A stretch of DNA of 64,000 bases from an uncultured Planctomycetaceae bacterium (lineage in GTDB: Bacteria > Planctomycetota > Planctomycetia > Planctomycetales > Planctomycetaceae), in assembly GCA_963813715.1 (NCBI GenBank), contig CAWFAK010000009.1:695613-759612 (forward strand). Reading direction: 5' to 3'. Positions within the stretch are counted from its first letter, which is position 1; every line of letters starts with the position of its first letter. Below are positions 11,169 through 23,537 of the stretch, in pieces. A model generated the notes under the pieces. The model was not told where the DNA came from and made no database searches. It saw only the letters and a program-made list of their open reading frames with translations. Made by a program: the position numbers and the translations under genes.

Positions 11169-11366
11169 CCGTCGCAAAACTCCCGCGCCGCGCACCAAGT
11201 GTCGTCCAGGACGCGGCGCTCCCCCAGACTCACGACAAACCGCCTGCCGCGTCGCGGGCATAAAAAAATGAAAAAATATTGGCATTTTAGGAGGGATCAA
11301 TTTAATCTGAACAAAAGTTGGGCCTAAACGGCTGTTCCACCGGACATTCGCGGGAGTGAGGCGGTC

Positions 11367-12938
11367 ATGGCAGAAAAACGAATTGGGTTCGGTCTGGCTT
11401 TTGTGGGACGCTTCCTGGTCGTCTTCGCCGGCCTGGCCTCGGCGTCGCTGGCGTCCACCGTGGGCAACGAGGCGGAGACGATCCTCACGAGCATGCGCAA
11501 GGCCGCGGGGAGCTCGGCGCTCAAGCAGCAAACGGGCGACGTGTTGATTCGCGGACGATCGACCGAATCCGGCTCGCCCGCCGAATTCAGCTTGCACTTC
11601 ACGTCGGGCGACCGGTTCCTGGAAATGGTCGAAGGCCCGCTGGGCGAAACTCGCGGCTGCAACGATTCCGGCTGCTGGAAGTTCGACCGATCGGGTGTGT
11701 CGCGGACGCTCGAGCTTTCCGACCGGGACGGTTGCGAGCTGCTCACGCGAATTCAAACCGGGCAATGGCTCGCCAACGTTGATATCAAGAATGTTCTTGT
11801 GGCCGCGAACGAAGGCGATCCGCGGACCGCGATCCTCCACGTGCGCCAGGGACGCCTGAAGGCCCGGCTTTCCGTCAATCGCTCGACCTGGCTGCCCGAG
11901 AGCCTGGTCTGGAGCGATATCGCCGGCGAGCATGTCTGGACTTTTCGCAGCTTCCGCGACGACCTGGGCTGGAAGGTGCCGGCGACGATCGCCGTGACGA
12001 CGGCGGGGAAACCGGACGGGACTTATGAAGTGAGCTCGGTCTCCCGCGAGTCCGCCAATGCGACGAATTATGACCGCATCGAGAGCAAGTGGGACGGCGT
12101 CCATTTCAATTCAAAGTTGTCGTCGCGGCTGGATATCAAACGGGACAAGATGGGGCAGCTCCTTGTCCACCCGAAAATCGACGGGCAGAGTTTGGGATGG
12201 TTCGTGTTCAACACCGGGTCTACTGTCACGATGTTGGACGCGGCTACGGCCGCCCGGCTGAAATTGACGCCAGTGACGTCGGTTTCCACGATCTCCCCCT
12301 TCGGCACTCGCCAGGCGTCGCTTGTTCGAGGGACCTCGCTTGAACTCGGTCCGGTGAAGATCGATAAGCCGTTTCTCGTGACGTCGGACCTGGCGATGGT
12401 CCAGGCCGCGCTCGGCAAAGATGTGGTCGGCTTCATCGGATACGACCTGCTGAGCCGCTGCGTTGCCCAGATCAATCTCGGGGAGAATTCCATTCAGCTT
12501 TATGACCCGCAGACGTATCGGCTCGCGGCGGGACACTGGCAGAAGCTGGTCTTTGACTCGGACATTCCCGTGGTGCAGGCGAAGTTCGACGGCGGCGAGG
12601 GGTTCTTTCGGCTCGACATCGGTGCCACCGGGGCCGCGAGCAACGTGGTCTTTAACACACCGATCGTGGCGGATCTCAAGCTCCTGCAGGGCCGGAAAGT
12701 GAAGGACGTCCAGCTGGCCATGAAGCGTGCCTTGCAGGGCAGGATTGGTTGGTTCGAGCTGGGCGAGCACCGGTTCGGGAACCCGAACGTCGTCTTCGCA
12801 CTCGATACCCAGGGGCCGTTCGGAGACGAATTCACGGCAGGCAACCTGGGTGTCAACTTCCTGCGAGTGTACCGCATCGTGCTGGATTACCCGCACGAAC
12901 GCGTGGCGCTCGTGGCACCTCGCAAAGCCAAGAAATGA
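11367..12938 (+). CDS. Secreted protein with two retropepsin-like aspartyl protease domains
   Basis: Signal peptide; FVFNTGST...GFIGYDLL and FRLDIGA...GNLGVNFLRVYRIVLDYPH. Confidence 0.75.
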   Translation: MAEKRIGFGLAFVGRFLVVFAGLASASLASTVGNEAETILTSMRKAAGSSALKQQTGDVLIRGRSTESGSPAEFSLHFTSGDRFLEMVEGPLGETRGCNDSGCWKFDRSGVSRTLELSDRDGCELLTRIQTGQWLANVDIKNVLVAANEGDPRTAILHVRQGRLKARLSVNRSTWLPESLVWSDIAGEHVWTFRSFRDDLGWKVPATIAVTTAGKPDGTYEVSSVSRESANATNYDRIESKWDGVHFNSKLSSRLDIKRDKMGQLLVHPKIDGQSLGWFVFNTGSTVTMLDAATAARLKLTPVTSVSTISPFGTRQASLVRGTSLELGPVKIDKPFLVTSDLAMVQAALGKDVVGFIGYDLLSRCVAQINLGENSIQLYDPQTYRLAAGHWQKLVFDSDIPVVQAKFDGGEGFFRLDIGATGAASNVVFNTPIVADLKLLQGRKVKDVQLAMKRALQGRIGWFELGEHRFGNPNVVFALDTQGPFGDEFTAGNLGVNFLRVYRIVLDYPHERVALVAPRKAKK

Positions 12939-12956
12939 CCGACGAGCCCGCAGCAC

Positions 12957-14749
12957 TCACAGCCGGGGTGGGGCGGGTTTGATCGGGGCCGCGAAGGCGT
13001 TGGCGCCGTGGGTTTTGACCCGGCGTTTGTAGACGCGGTCCTTGCAGCAGGCGTAGATCGTGTCGAACTGCGGGCCGCCGAAGCAGAGGTTGGCGATCTC
13101 GCCGTTGGGCGTGGGGATGATCGCGAGGACGCGGCCGGCTGGGTCGGAGACTTGGATGCCCATGTCGGTGGCCGAGTAGAGGCGGCCGTCGCGGTCGACG
13201 CGGATGCCGTCGACGCCGCTGTTGTCGGCCCGGTCGGGCATGTGCAGGTAGAAGTAGCGCTGCTTGGCGGCAAGCGATCCGTCGGGCTGGATTTGGTAGC
13301 TCCAGACCCAGTGCGAGCGGCTCTCGGCGACGTAGAGCAGCGACTGATCGGGCGAGACGGCGATGCCGTTGGGCAGCTTGAGGCCCGTGTCGACGATTTT
13401 CTTTTCGCCCTTGGGGCTGATGTGCCAGACTTTGCCGGGCTCGGCCGGGTTGGGCAGCGTCGGGTTGGTGACGAACATGCTGCCGTCGTGTAGGACGACG
13501 ATGTCGTTGCCGTAGAAGCCGTCGGCGGCAATTTGCGGCGTGGTGACTGCGCCGGCTGGTTCAGGACCAGGTCGAGGCGTACTCTCCGATTGGTGTCGTA
13601 GGCGAGGATTTGGTTGGTGCCGCTGGCGACGGCGTAGAGCCGGCCGTCGGGGCCGAAGGCCTGGCCGTTGCCTTGCTTGGAATCGGCGACGAAGAGGGTG
13701 ACCGCGCCGTTGAGGCCGATCTTGTACGTCTTGCTGTTGGGGATGTCGTTGAAGAAGACTTCGCCTCGGGCGTTGGCGGCCGGACCTTCGGTGAATTTGT
13801 AGCCTTGGGCGACGAGCTGCCAGGGCTCGTCGGGGATGAGGATTTCCTGCAGTTGCGGCGACCCGGCGCCGGCCTTCACCGGTTTGGGCCAGTCTTTCCA
13901 GAGCCAGCGCATGGCTTCGGGAAAGACTTCGGTGGCGTGGCGGGCGTTGTGGGCGCCTTCACCCCAGGAGTGATTGACTTCGTAGCCGGCAAAGCGGAAG
14001 GCGCGTTCCATTTCCTGATTGGCCATCCACCAGTCGCCGCCGGCGATGTTCTGATCGTTGGAGCCGTCCTCGAGGAAGATGCGGATCGGCTTGGGCTCGT
14101 ACTTGCGGATCCAGGTTGGGTAGTTGTTGCCGCCGCGGAGGCCGACGTAGGTGCCGACGGCGCTGAAGACGCGGGTGAAGGCGTCGGGGCGTTCCCAGGC
14201 GGCGGTGAAGGCGCAGATGGCACCGCTGGAGGCGCCGCCGATGCAGCGGTCGTTGCCGTTGTGCGAGAGGTGGATGGGCCGGCCGTCGGCGGTGGTTTTC
14301 TGTTCGACCTCGGGGAGGATTTCGTCGAGCACGAAGCGGACGTAGTGATCGCCCAGGCCGTCGTACTCGAAGCTGCGATTGAAGCGATCGATGGCGTTCT
14401 TGGAGAGGGCCTTCACCCGGCCGTGCATGATGAAGACGCCGATGGTCACCGGCATCTGCTTCCATTCGATCAGCTCGTCGAAGACGGCCGGCGCTCCAAA
14501 GCCGATGCCATCCTGCCCGACATAGATGCACGCGGGTTTGGACGGGTCGTACTGTTTTGGCACGTAGACCCAGTAGTCGCGGACGGTGCCGGGGAAGATG
14601 CGGCTGCGATCGAACGAGTATTTTTGAACTTCCCCCCGGGGCGGCCCATCGCTTTGCGGCCCAGCGTTTTTGGCTTCCCCGGCGGTTACGACCGGCGTAA
14701 ACGCGAAGAGCGAAACGACCAAAGCCGCCAAGGCGCAAGCTCGCAACAT
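12957..14749 (-). CDS. Fes-like esterase fused to SMP-30/gluconolactonase domain; one apparent frameshift near 13530
   Basis: RDYWVYVPKQY, RSFEYDGLGD, GASSGAICAF; FTEGPAAN, PNGIAVSPD, DGIRVDRDGRLY, NLCFGG. Confidence 0.85.
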
Positions 14750-14911
14750 CGATGCAGTCTCCGGGTTGGATCAGACTCGGGTCGCTGGAGCTGGAGGTCG
14801 CGGCGAGAGGAAGTTTGGAATGCTCGAGTCGGCAGGAAGCGGCCCGCATTGGGCAATTAATCACAGGCGCCGCGTGGGCAATGACGGACGGGCCGCGGTG
14901 CGGCGATGGAA

Positions 14912-16811
14912 TTACGGGGAGTTCGTTCCCGGCAGGTCGAGCGGCAGTTCGCGTTCGGCGTAGGGAGCCACTTGATTGAACCATTCGCGCCAATCTTTGC
15001 GGACCTGGGCGCGCCACATTTGCATGGCTTGGTGGCGCTGCTCTTCGTTGGCGTTTTCCGGCAGGTTGGTCAACGGGTCGGCGGGGCGGCCGAAGCCGTT
15101 GGGACGGCGGCTCAGCCAGCAGAGCGCATTGTTCGCTTCAATGACGACGTTGATATCGGAATCGTCCAGCGATTTGACGATGAGCAGTGCGTCGTGCACG
15201 GTGCCGCAACGGCCGAGCGCCCAGAGCACGGTGCGCCGCACCTCAGCACGGGGATCGTGGATAAGCCGCTTGAGTCGATCTTTCTGCCCGACAAGCTTTT
15301 CGCGATCGCCGACCTCCACGGTCTCGATAATCGCCTGTTGGACGACCTCGACCTGGTTGCTCTTGGGGTTCTCGAGCTCGGAAAGCAGCTTGTCGACCGG
15401 CGCGTCGAGTTTGCGGACCTTGATGCCGTCGCCTGTGGTCTGGACGGCGGCCAGGTTCTTCGGAAGCCCGCGGCCCCCGATCATCAGTCCGCCACCCACC
15501 CGCGGATCTTCGACTCGCGGGCCCATCAGCTTCCTCGTGGCGCGGGAAAGAAACAAGGATGGCGAAGGCCGTATCCGCGTTGGGTCCGATCTCGAAGGCA
15601 TCCTCGAAGTGTCCGTCGTTAAACTGCTTTCGCAACAGGACAGCCGCGTGGGACGAGTACCAGTCATGGCCGTCGAAGTCGTCGATGCCGGCGAGCGCGC
15701 ACATCCGCTCAAGACCATAGAGGTAATACAACTGGTAGTGAGAGACTCGCTTCGTGAAGTTGTTCCGCACCCAGTTCGCTCCGCGCGAGATGCCGCGATT
15801 GATGCGGGAGAGCGACACAATCTTTGCGGGTACGACAGTGCTGATTTTGCGTGCCCGTCCGGGCCGGCCCGCACTGCGCTCGCCGCCCAAGTCGATCGGT
15901 GTCAACACGGGGGCCGAATCCTCTTCGTTGTCCTTGGCGGCGGGATCTTTTTTGGGCGGAGCCTTCGGCTTGGTGCTGCGGGCGACGCCGGGAGCATCTT
16001 GCTGCTGGGCCGGTTCATCTTTTGCTTCGTCCGGCACGTCCGCGAAGGGGGAGGGATACTCCCGATCGGGATAGAGCATCATGCGGGCAACGCAGAGACT
16101 GGCGACGCCGTTGACGGTCATCGTGTGCGTGGAGAGCTTGCCGTCGGCGGGATGGTAAGCGAATCCACCGTCTTCGTCTTGGTTCTTCAAGTGCCAGTCG
16201 GCGACGCGGCTCCAGACGCTCATCGGAATTCGCACGCCGGCTCGGGACGCAGCCCACAATCCCAGCACGGCATACTGCGTGTGGCTCGTGTCTCCGCCGT
16301 GCTCCGACGTGCCGAAGTAGTACCAGCTTCCGCTGGGCCACTGATGGTCGACCGTAAACGAGGCCGCCAGGCTGATCTCGCGGACGTATCGGCTGGGGCT
16401 GATGGCCTCCAAGAACATCATGTCGCAGCCGGCCTCGTAGAACTGATGCTTGGTCCCTTTGCCGTACGAGACTTTATCGAACTTCTCGACGAGCAGACGG
16501 TGCTGCAGGGTTTTGATCGCCGGGCTGTCGAAAGGCTCTCCGCCGCGGATCATCGCGTAGCCGACGATGCCGCACTCTTGAATCTTGACGTCGTCGAGAT
16601 GGGTCCGCAGATAGCTGACGCCGCGTTCAATGGCCATCCGCACTTCGGGACTGGTCGGGTCCAGCGCAGGCGCGGGAGTTCCCAAACAGGACACCAGCGC
16701 ACCGGCCACCAGCAGCCGAGCTGCGAAAATCAGCGAACGAGGGCTGGCCAGGAGGCGCGACCCGTCTGCGGCCGATTTCGAAAGTGCTCGAGAACAATGA
16801 CGTGCGGACAC
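14912..16811 (-). CDS. Prenyltransferase/squalene-oxidase-repeat protein with C-terminal HEAT repeats; frameshift near 15555; start uncertain
   Basis: QWPSGSWYY, GDTSHTQYAVLGL, QDEDGGFAY, YYLYGLER; HEAT-like DPRAEVRRTVLWALG. Confidence 0.7.
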
Positions 16812-16993
16812 AGCTTGATCCGACGGTTGATCCGCCGGTCGATCCGACGGAGGGGCGACGCGTACGACGGGAGGAAAGTTCGCCGCTAAACCGATCGTAC
16901 GCCCGGCAATTCGCGGGAGTCAAGCGGCACCACGCCGACGGGCAGTTGGCTCCCGATGGAGAGTCCTCGACGGGCCACGGGCCGGACGACCAT

Positions 16994-18818
16994 TTAATGC
17001 AAGTGCCGTCTCTTCTCGCGCGAAACGGCTTTTTCACCGCCTGGAGCGGCCTCAGGCACGGTGCTCGCCGAGTCGGTCTGCGGGGCCATCTGGTAAACGC
17101 TGAAGTCGGTCGCGAAGTAATCGGGCGGGCGATCGGAGTCGGCCAGCAGGTGGTCGGCCCGCTTCACCACAATTGCCTGGTGATCGTGCTCCTGCACGAA
17201 GCGTTGCAACTGCTGCAGCGAGTAGGGGACGGCAAACAAATAGACGTTCGGCAGGGTATAAGTCGCCTGGTAGAGATCGGAGAGTCCCAGTCGGGCGACC
17301 GCCGCGTCGAACGGCGGGCTGTGGATATTCCACCCCAGTCCCAGCATCCGCAGGTCGCGAATCTCGGCATAGTTGTCCAGCGGTGCCGTGAAGAACATCG
17401 GAAAGCGGCCTCCCCAATTCAGGAAGACCGCATGCGGATCGTTCGCCACATAACGCTCGCGCAGCGTATGAACGAAGAGGGCCAGCACCTGCTGATCGCG
17501 ACGATTAAAGTCGCTGCGACTGGCATCAATGAGGGTGACGTCGAAGAACGCCATCGCGTAATAAGCGGCAAACGCGGTCGCCGCCACCGCCTTCAGCGGA
17601 CGCAGCCGATCCCAAGTGAACGGCAGCGGCAGCAGGTGCCGGCGGAGCGATGCTTCCCGTAAGACGATATAAAACACGGCGGCCGCGGCGGAGTAATAGG
17701 CGGGCAGCACGACGCGCGTGGGCAGCTTGGCGTAAAGCGCAAACGTCATCAACAGCCCGTCGAGCAACAGATACTCGGCCACGACCACCAACAGCACGCG
17801 CAGCCGGCTCCCGGCCGCCAGCACGAGGGCGAGCACCAGGTTGGCGTAGAGCATCGGCGGGAACACGCTCAGCGGACGCAGGCTCTCGGCCAGGTACGTG
17901 TCGGGCTTGCTGCGTCTCCACGTGCTCCCCTCGAAGCGGTCGAGAACGGCCTCCAGCTTAGGGCGGGAGTAGGTCTCGCGATCGGTGAAGAACCAGTTGG
18001 TGAACATGCCCCAGTCGGTGTAGCTCCAACCGATGCGATCGAAGAAGAACCGCGAGTTGTGCTCGTAGGCGACGATCGGCAAGTCGTGAATGAAGGCGCG
18101 GGCCCGGTTGTAGGCCATAAACTCCCGCCACGCGGGATCGCTGCGATAGTGCCATTCGTCGGCCGCGGACGCCGCCGCCACCGCCACCACGCACAGACCA
18201 ATTGCCGCGAACGGCCGCCAGCGGCGAAAGAAGACGGCTTCATAGACCAACAGCGGCAACAGCAGAACGAGCGAGTAGTACATCGCGTCAGGCCGAATGA
18301 GTCCGGCCAGCACGACAAGCGCCGCGCCGTAACCGAGAGACGTCGCCGTGTGGCGGCCGCCGGCTTCGTCGCGCGACAGGAGCAACAGCACGCCGCTCAC
18401 CGCCGCCAGAATGGCCGTCGAGGTGAATTGCAGCCGCAGCAACAAGCGCGACCTCGAACTCGCAGAACAGGAGCGCGAAGAGAATCACCGTCGTCCGCGC
18501 CGGCCGCAGCCGCAGGAAGGCCCACAACAGGCCGGTCAGCGCGGCCCAGTGGGTGGCGAGCAGATACAGCGTGTACCAATTGACGCGATCGGTAAGCCGA
18601 TACAGAAACGTGAGTACCGAACCGATCAGAATGTTCGAGAAGATGAGCTCGGGCGACGGCGTGCCGGTCGTCACGCCCGACACGATCTGCGCCATGCCGA
18701 CGTCGTCGTTCGACTCGAAGCCCAGCGTCACGATCGACAGGGCCACTGCCAGGCACGCCGCGCTCGCAGCCGCGGAGAGGCAAAGCAGTCGCAGATCGTG
18801 TCGCCGTTGATCGCTCAT
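16994..18818 (-). CDS. Polytopic membrane protein, possibly GT-C-like (NDD motif after first TM); frameshift near 18445
   Basis: ORFs 18288-18875 and 16994-18445 join; FESNDD, QFT, LIR, YNRARAFIHD. Confidence 0.55.
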
Positions 18819-18972
18819 GCTGCGGGTCGCAGGAAGTGGAACGTTGGCCGCACGTGTGCGGGCACCATCGTCCACTCTAACTGCTGGACACGCCGGCTCA
18901 AGCGGCAGGCAACACGGCGTTGCTGAATTCGCGGGCGAGGCGGCGCTACGAACGGCCGTCGGAGCCAGCGCT

Positions 18973-19923
18973 TCAAGACGTGACGGGCAGCAAATCGGGT
19001 TCGGGCGCCGGTCGGGGATTCATTTTCAGCGCCGCGACGTCCGGAAACCTCGCGCCCCGCATCCCGAAGCCCACGCCGATCGTGAGCAGCAGCACGATCG
19101 CCACGCAGAGCACACTTCCTTCCGGGCCGGCCGAGCCGCCGGTGAGCCAACGCGACCCGGAGACCTCGACCGTGAGAAATCGATCGTGGGCCAGAAATCC
19201 GCTGTCCGTCGTCCCGTAGAAGAACGACTCGGCCCAGTTGTAGGCGGCATGAAAGCCGATCGGCATCCACAGGTTGCCGGTGCGACGCAACAGCACGCAA
19301 AACAGAAAGCCGAAGACGCCGGTCGAAAAGCAGCCGAACGCCGTCTCGCCGTGGTTGCCCGCGTGCAAGAGGCCGAAGATCGCGGACGAAACCAGAGCCG
19401 CCGGCCAGAACCCCATGCCCGTGGTCAGCGTGAACAACAGATAGCCGCGGCACGTCAACTCCTCGAACATCGCACCGAACACGAAGGTGATCGCGGCAAA
19501 CGTCGCATAAGTCGCCAGGGCCTGTCCTTGCACCGTCCCTTTCGAGAACGCGATCACGCCCGCCACGTGCATGGCGGCAACCACCATCGTCATCGTCACG
19601 AGGCCAAAGACAGCTCCAAGCCAGAATCGTCGGCCCAGGCATTGGCGCAACGGCAAGCCATAGTCGGCCAGATCTCGCTTCTCAATGATTGCCATCACCG
19701 CCGTCGTGATAAAAATAATGCTGGCCGTGATCAGGTCGTTGAGAATCGGGACCGAGTCGGGAATGCTCCCCCGTCGGCGAAGGACGAAGACAAACACTTC
19801 GACGGCCACAAAGAGAGGAATCAGGACCAGCAGGAAAATCACCAACCGCCAACCGGTGGCGCAGCTCGGCGGAGTTGAAGAAGAAGCTATGCACGGGGCC
19901 GGGAGGCGGCTTCTCGATGGCAC
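18973..19923 (-). CDS. CPBP (CAAX/Abi) intramembrane metalloprotease
   Basis: FEELTCRGY, FGLLH, GNLWMPIGFHAAYNW, GGSAGPEGS. Confidence 0.85.
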   Translation of the reverse strand: MPSRSRLPAPCIASSSTPPSCATGWRLVIFLLVLIPLFVAVEVFVFVLRRRGSIPDSVPILNDLITASIIFITTAVMAIIEKRDLADYGLPLRQCLGRRFWLGAVFGLVTMTMVVAAMHVAGVIAFSKGTVQGQALATYATFAAITFVFGAMFEELTCRGYLLFTLTTGMGFWPAALVSSAIFGLLHAGNHGETAFGCFSTGVFGFLFCVLLRRTGNLWMPIGFHAAYNWAESFFYGTTDSGFLAHDRFLTVEVSGSRWLTGGSAGPEGSVLCVAIVLLLTIGVGFGMRGARFPDVAALKMNPRPAPEPDLLPVTS

Positions 19924-20149
19924 TGATCGAAGCGCCCGTAGACAAAGCGACCTCGCGAACTGCGGCCCTGACTAGGCCAATCAGTGAATCGTGCACTTCC
20001 CAAATCGGGTGTTCGCAACAATGGCGATCATCTTACCCAGAATCTCGCGTAGAATTCAGCGAGCGGCGACCGATTGACGGTGGCATGGGCCCGCCCGCTT
20101 TACCGCGCGACAAAGGGTCACGCGGTGATAGCAGGAACGGAGAACTCAA

Positions 20150-20547
20150 ATGGCAGGCGACGCCAATTCGGCCGGGAAGAAATATGCCGAGGCCAATGAG
20201 CAGTTGATCGTCGAGATCTACGTGCGGAACCTGAAGCAGTCGATCCCGTTTTACGAGCAGCTTGGCTTCACGATCTGTCGCGAGGAGCCGGGCTTTGTCG
20301 AGCTGGGCTGGGGCGAGTCGCGCTTGTATCTCGAGCAGATTCCCGCCCAACCCGACCCGCCCAAGACCTGGTTGCCAACATCCGCATCCTGGTCCCGGAC
20401 ATCGATCGATTCTGGTCCAAGTGCGGCGAGATGAACCTGACAGTCGTCAAGGAAATCGCCGATCGCGACTACGGACTCCGCGATTTCACGGTCGTTTCGC
20501 CCGACGGGATCGGGCTGCGGTTTGCCTCACGGCTGCCGGGCCGGTGA
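20150..20547 (+). CDS. VOC/glyoxalase family protein; frameshift near 20365
   Basis: IYVRNLKQSIPFYEQLGF; second frame NIRILVPDID...DRDYGLRDFTVVSPDGIGLRF. Confidence 0.8.
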
Positions 20548-20617
20548 CCGATCGTAAACGGGCACGGTGGGAGCCGGCCGCGCAACAAAAAGGCCGGACG
20601 CCACTGCGCCCGGCCAT

Positions 20618-20688
20618 TAATCCCGCTAGGATTTGAACCTAGACTGATAGATCCAGAGTCTATCGTGCTACCGTTACACCACGGGATT
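20618..20688 (-). tRNA. tRNA-Gln(CTG), CCA not encoded
   Basis: AATCCCG TG GTGT-AACGGTA-GCAC G ATAGA-CTCTGGA-TCTAT CAGT CTAGG-TTCAAAT-CCTAG CGGGATT A; complete cloverleaf. Confidence 0.92.
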
Positions 20689-20776
20689 GCGGGCGCGAAT
20701 TTAGCTGATTTCCGCGAAGGCTGCAAACGGAGGAAGACCGTGTGCCTGCGTTCGACTGCGGCGAACTTGTCGCACC

Positions 20777-21403
20777 CTACGTCGCTCCGCGAAGCAGTCC
20801 CACGAGCTGCGGAATCAGCCGCTCGAAGGCGCGGCCGCGGTGGCTCAGGCGGCGCTTCACCGCGGGACTCAGTTCGCCGAACGTGCGGTGATATTCGGGA
20901 ATCAAGAAGTACGGATCGTAGCCGAAGCCGTTGGTGCCCCGGGCCTCGCGCGTGATGCGACCGCGGCAATAGGCTTCGACCTGCAGCACGATTTTTCCCG
21001 ACGGGTCGGCCAGCGCCGCGTTGCAGACGTAGCGGGCATTTCGCCGCTCTTCCGGAACCGCGGCCAGCTCGCTCAGCAACTTGGCGTTGTTGGATTCGTC
21101 GGTGGCCTCCGGTCCGCTGAAGCGGGCCGAGTAAATGCCCGGAGTTCCGGCGAGCGCGGCGACTTCCAGGCCGCTGTCTTCCCCGAGCGTCCAATGGGCG
21201 ACGGCGCGGGCCGTCTCGGAAGCCTTCTTGGCGGCGTTGGCGGCGAACGTGCTGCCGTCCTCGACCACTTCGGGCACGTGGGGAAAATCGGCAACGCCCA
21301 GCACCTCGATCCCGTGAGGGGCCAACAGCTCGCGGATTTCCGCCGCCTTCTTGCGGTTGCGGCTGGCGATCACCAAACGCGGCGCAGCTCCCGAAACACT
21401 CAT
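20777..21403 (-). CDS. rdgB: RdgB/HAM1 non-canonical purine NTP pyrophosphatase
   Basis: LVIASRNRKK, EDGSTFAANAAKKA, EDSGLEV, PGIYSARF, GFGYDPYF, SHRGRA. Confidence 0.93.
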   Translation of the reverse strand: MSVSGAAPRLVIASRNRKKAAEIRELLAPHGIEVLGVADFPHVPEVVEDGSTFAANAAKKASETARAVAHWTLGEDSGLEVAALAGTPGIYSARFSGPEATDESNNAKLLSELAAVPEERRNARYVCNAALADPSGKIVLQVEAYCRGRITREARGTNGFGYDPYFLIPEYHRTFGELSPAVKRRLSHRGRAFERLIPQLVGLLRGAT

Positions 21404-21504
21404 GTCGCTGAGTGTTTCGGGCCGCACGGACGATGTCAACGATCGCCGCGAACAGACACAAGAACGGACATCGGACCGGACAGAAACGGCCGTCGCTCGG
21501 GCCG

Positions 21505-22631
21505 CTACTTCGGCACGTCGATCAGCTCGGGATACGCGTCGAAGATAAACGTTTTCACCGACTTGTCGCTGGGACGCGGGTGACGCGGATCCACACGCGG
21601 AACGGTAAACGGCTCGGCCGCAATCGTCGGCGTGCCGTCAGTTTTGACCTGCGTCACCTTGCCGCCGAAGAAGTTCTGCAGCGACGCGATCCGCGGATCG
21701 TCCTTCGAGTCGAACGAGCCGACCGTGACGATCGAGGAATAGCGGTCATGATAGACATAGGACTCGAATTCCCGGTCATAGCCCAGCGAGCGGGCGTGAC
21801 GCAGGGCCGTGCACAATTCCCAGCGCGTTCGGCAGCGTCGCTCAGGGGCGGATTGGTCAGCTCGAACTTGTGATCGTCCGGAGTTTCCTTGCTGAACTGC
21901 GTGTAGAACCGTCCCTGAAACGTGGCGATGACGACGGTGTAACGACCCGGATTGCTCAACAGCGAGTAATCGCCGCCCGAATTCAGCTTGATGATGAACG
22001 GATCGCGGCGGCGCACCGCCAGCTCTTCGTCGGACAAGAGCGGATTGGTGGTCATGAAGGCGCCGCTCAGCGGTTTGGGGCGGTCCTTGGTTGTGCGGAA
22101 GATGCCACCACTCTTGGAACGCTTGATCTCGCCCCCCAGCGTGGCGGGCTTGGCGGCTTCCACGTCGGAGAGGAAGTCCGGCTGAAACTCCTTGATGAAA
22201 TGCAGGGTGTCCTGAGCCACCTTGTCGTTGGCGCTCGGATAGTTGCCGGCCAGCACGCAGATGCCCCCCGTCCAGTTGCGGACGCGGGCCTTTTGCGGCG
22301 TCATTGTGCGGCGGCCGATCACCTGCACCTCCTCGTCGACCTCTTCCTGCCGGAAGACGTAGGACGGGATATGGTGCAGTCGGAGCTCGTAGACCAGTTG
22401 TTGGGCGGCTTGTTCGGGCGACAGTCCCTCGCCGCGGCGATCATCCGGCGGCTCGATGAAGCTGGCCACCATGATCATCCAGGGGCCGTGCCGCTTCGTC
22501 AGCTTGTAGTGCTTGCCCTTGACGGCCTCGATCGTCGCGGCGGCCCGGGACGAGGCACACGCAAACGCAAAACCGGCGAAAACTGCCAGAACGACCGCGA
22601 GGCGACTTTTACTCCGCACGACAGACTCCAT
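21505..22631 (-). CDS. Secreted hypothetical protein; frameshift near 21820
   Basis: Signal peptide; ORFs 21654-22631 and 21505-21816 join (GPWMIMVASF, YTVVIATFQG, SIVTVGSFD). Confidence 0.65.
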
Positions 22632-22787
22632 TCTGAAATGCGTTTTGGCCCGGGGATGGCGGGACGCAACAGGCGTTTGAGACGGGAATTTTCGAGTTCG
22701 AACCGAAATTGGTTCGAGTGAAAGGTCGGGATTAATTCGAGTGAAGGGCTGACCGATTCGAGTGAGAGCCGGATTGGGCCGCGGATG

Positions 22788-23537
22788 CTAACAATTCGTC
22801 CGAATCTCGTCCAGAGGCCATTTTTCACTCAAGATTTCCCGTTGCCGTGCCGTCAGCTGGGCGATGGCCTTCCGGGCCGCCTGCACCTGCCGCTCGAGCA
22901 AATCCGGGGAAAACGGGCGTCCCTCGGCCGTCCCCTGCACTTCGATGAAGTCGCCAGCGCCGGTCATCACCACGTTAAAATCGACCTCGGCCCGCACGTC
23001 TTCGGAATAGTCCAGGTCGACCAGCACCGCTCCATCGACGACGCCGACACTGATCGCCGCCACGCTGTTGACGATCGGCAGTCGGCCGCCGGCGAATTTG
23101 TCGCGGATCGAATCGAGCGCGTCGACCAACGCCAAAAAGCCGCCGGTGATGCTCGCCGTTCGCGTGCCGCCGTCGGCTTCCAGGACGTCGCAATCGACGG
23201 TCACGGTTCGCGGCCCCAGCGCCGCCATGTCGACCGCCGCCCGCAGGCTGCGGCCCACCAGCCGCTGAATTTCCTGGCTGCGACCGTCGATTTGTCCACG
23301 CTCCCGCTTTTTGCGCGGGGCCGTGCTGCCGGGGAGCATGCTGTACTCGGCGGTCACCCAGCCGGTGGGGTTTTCCTCTTTGGCCTTCCAAGGAGGGACC
23401 GCTTCGTCGACGCTGGCCGTGCACAGGACGGTGGTGCGGCCCGCCTGAATCAGCACGCTGCCGGGCGCTCCGCCGGTGAAGTGCCGCCGCACGGCGAGCG
23501 GCCGCAGGGCGTCGGGCCCGCGGCCGTCACGTCGCAT
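22788..23537 (-). CDS. rph: Ribonuclease PH
   Basis: [72 protein letters not shown]. Confidence 0.95.
   Translation of the reverse strand: MRRDGRGPDALRPLAVRRHFTGGAPGSVLIQAGRTTVLCTASVDEAVPPWKAKEENPTGWVTAEYSMLPGSTAPRKKRERGQIDGRSQEIQRLVGRSLRAAVDMAALGPRTVTVDCDVLEADGGTRTASITGGFLALVDALDSIRDKFAGGRLPIVNSVAAISVGVVDGAVLVDLDYSEDVRAEVDFNVVMTGAGDFIEVQGTAEGRPFSPDLLERQVQAARKAIAQLTARQREILSEKWPLDEIRTNC

Noticed and set aside
16816..16851. 12-bp tandem repeat x3 (TGATCCGACGGT) as an operator
   Set aside because: Real but short and GC-rich; no other copies noticed and no evidence of function
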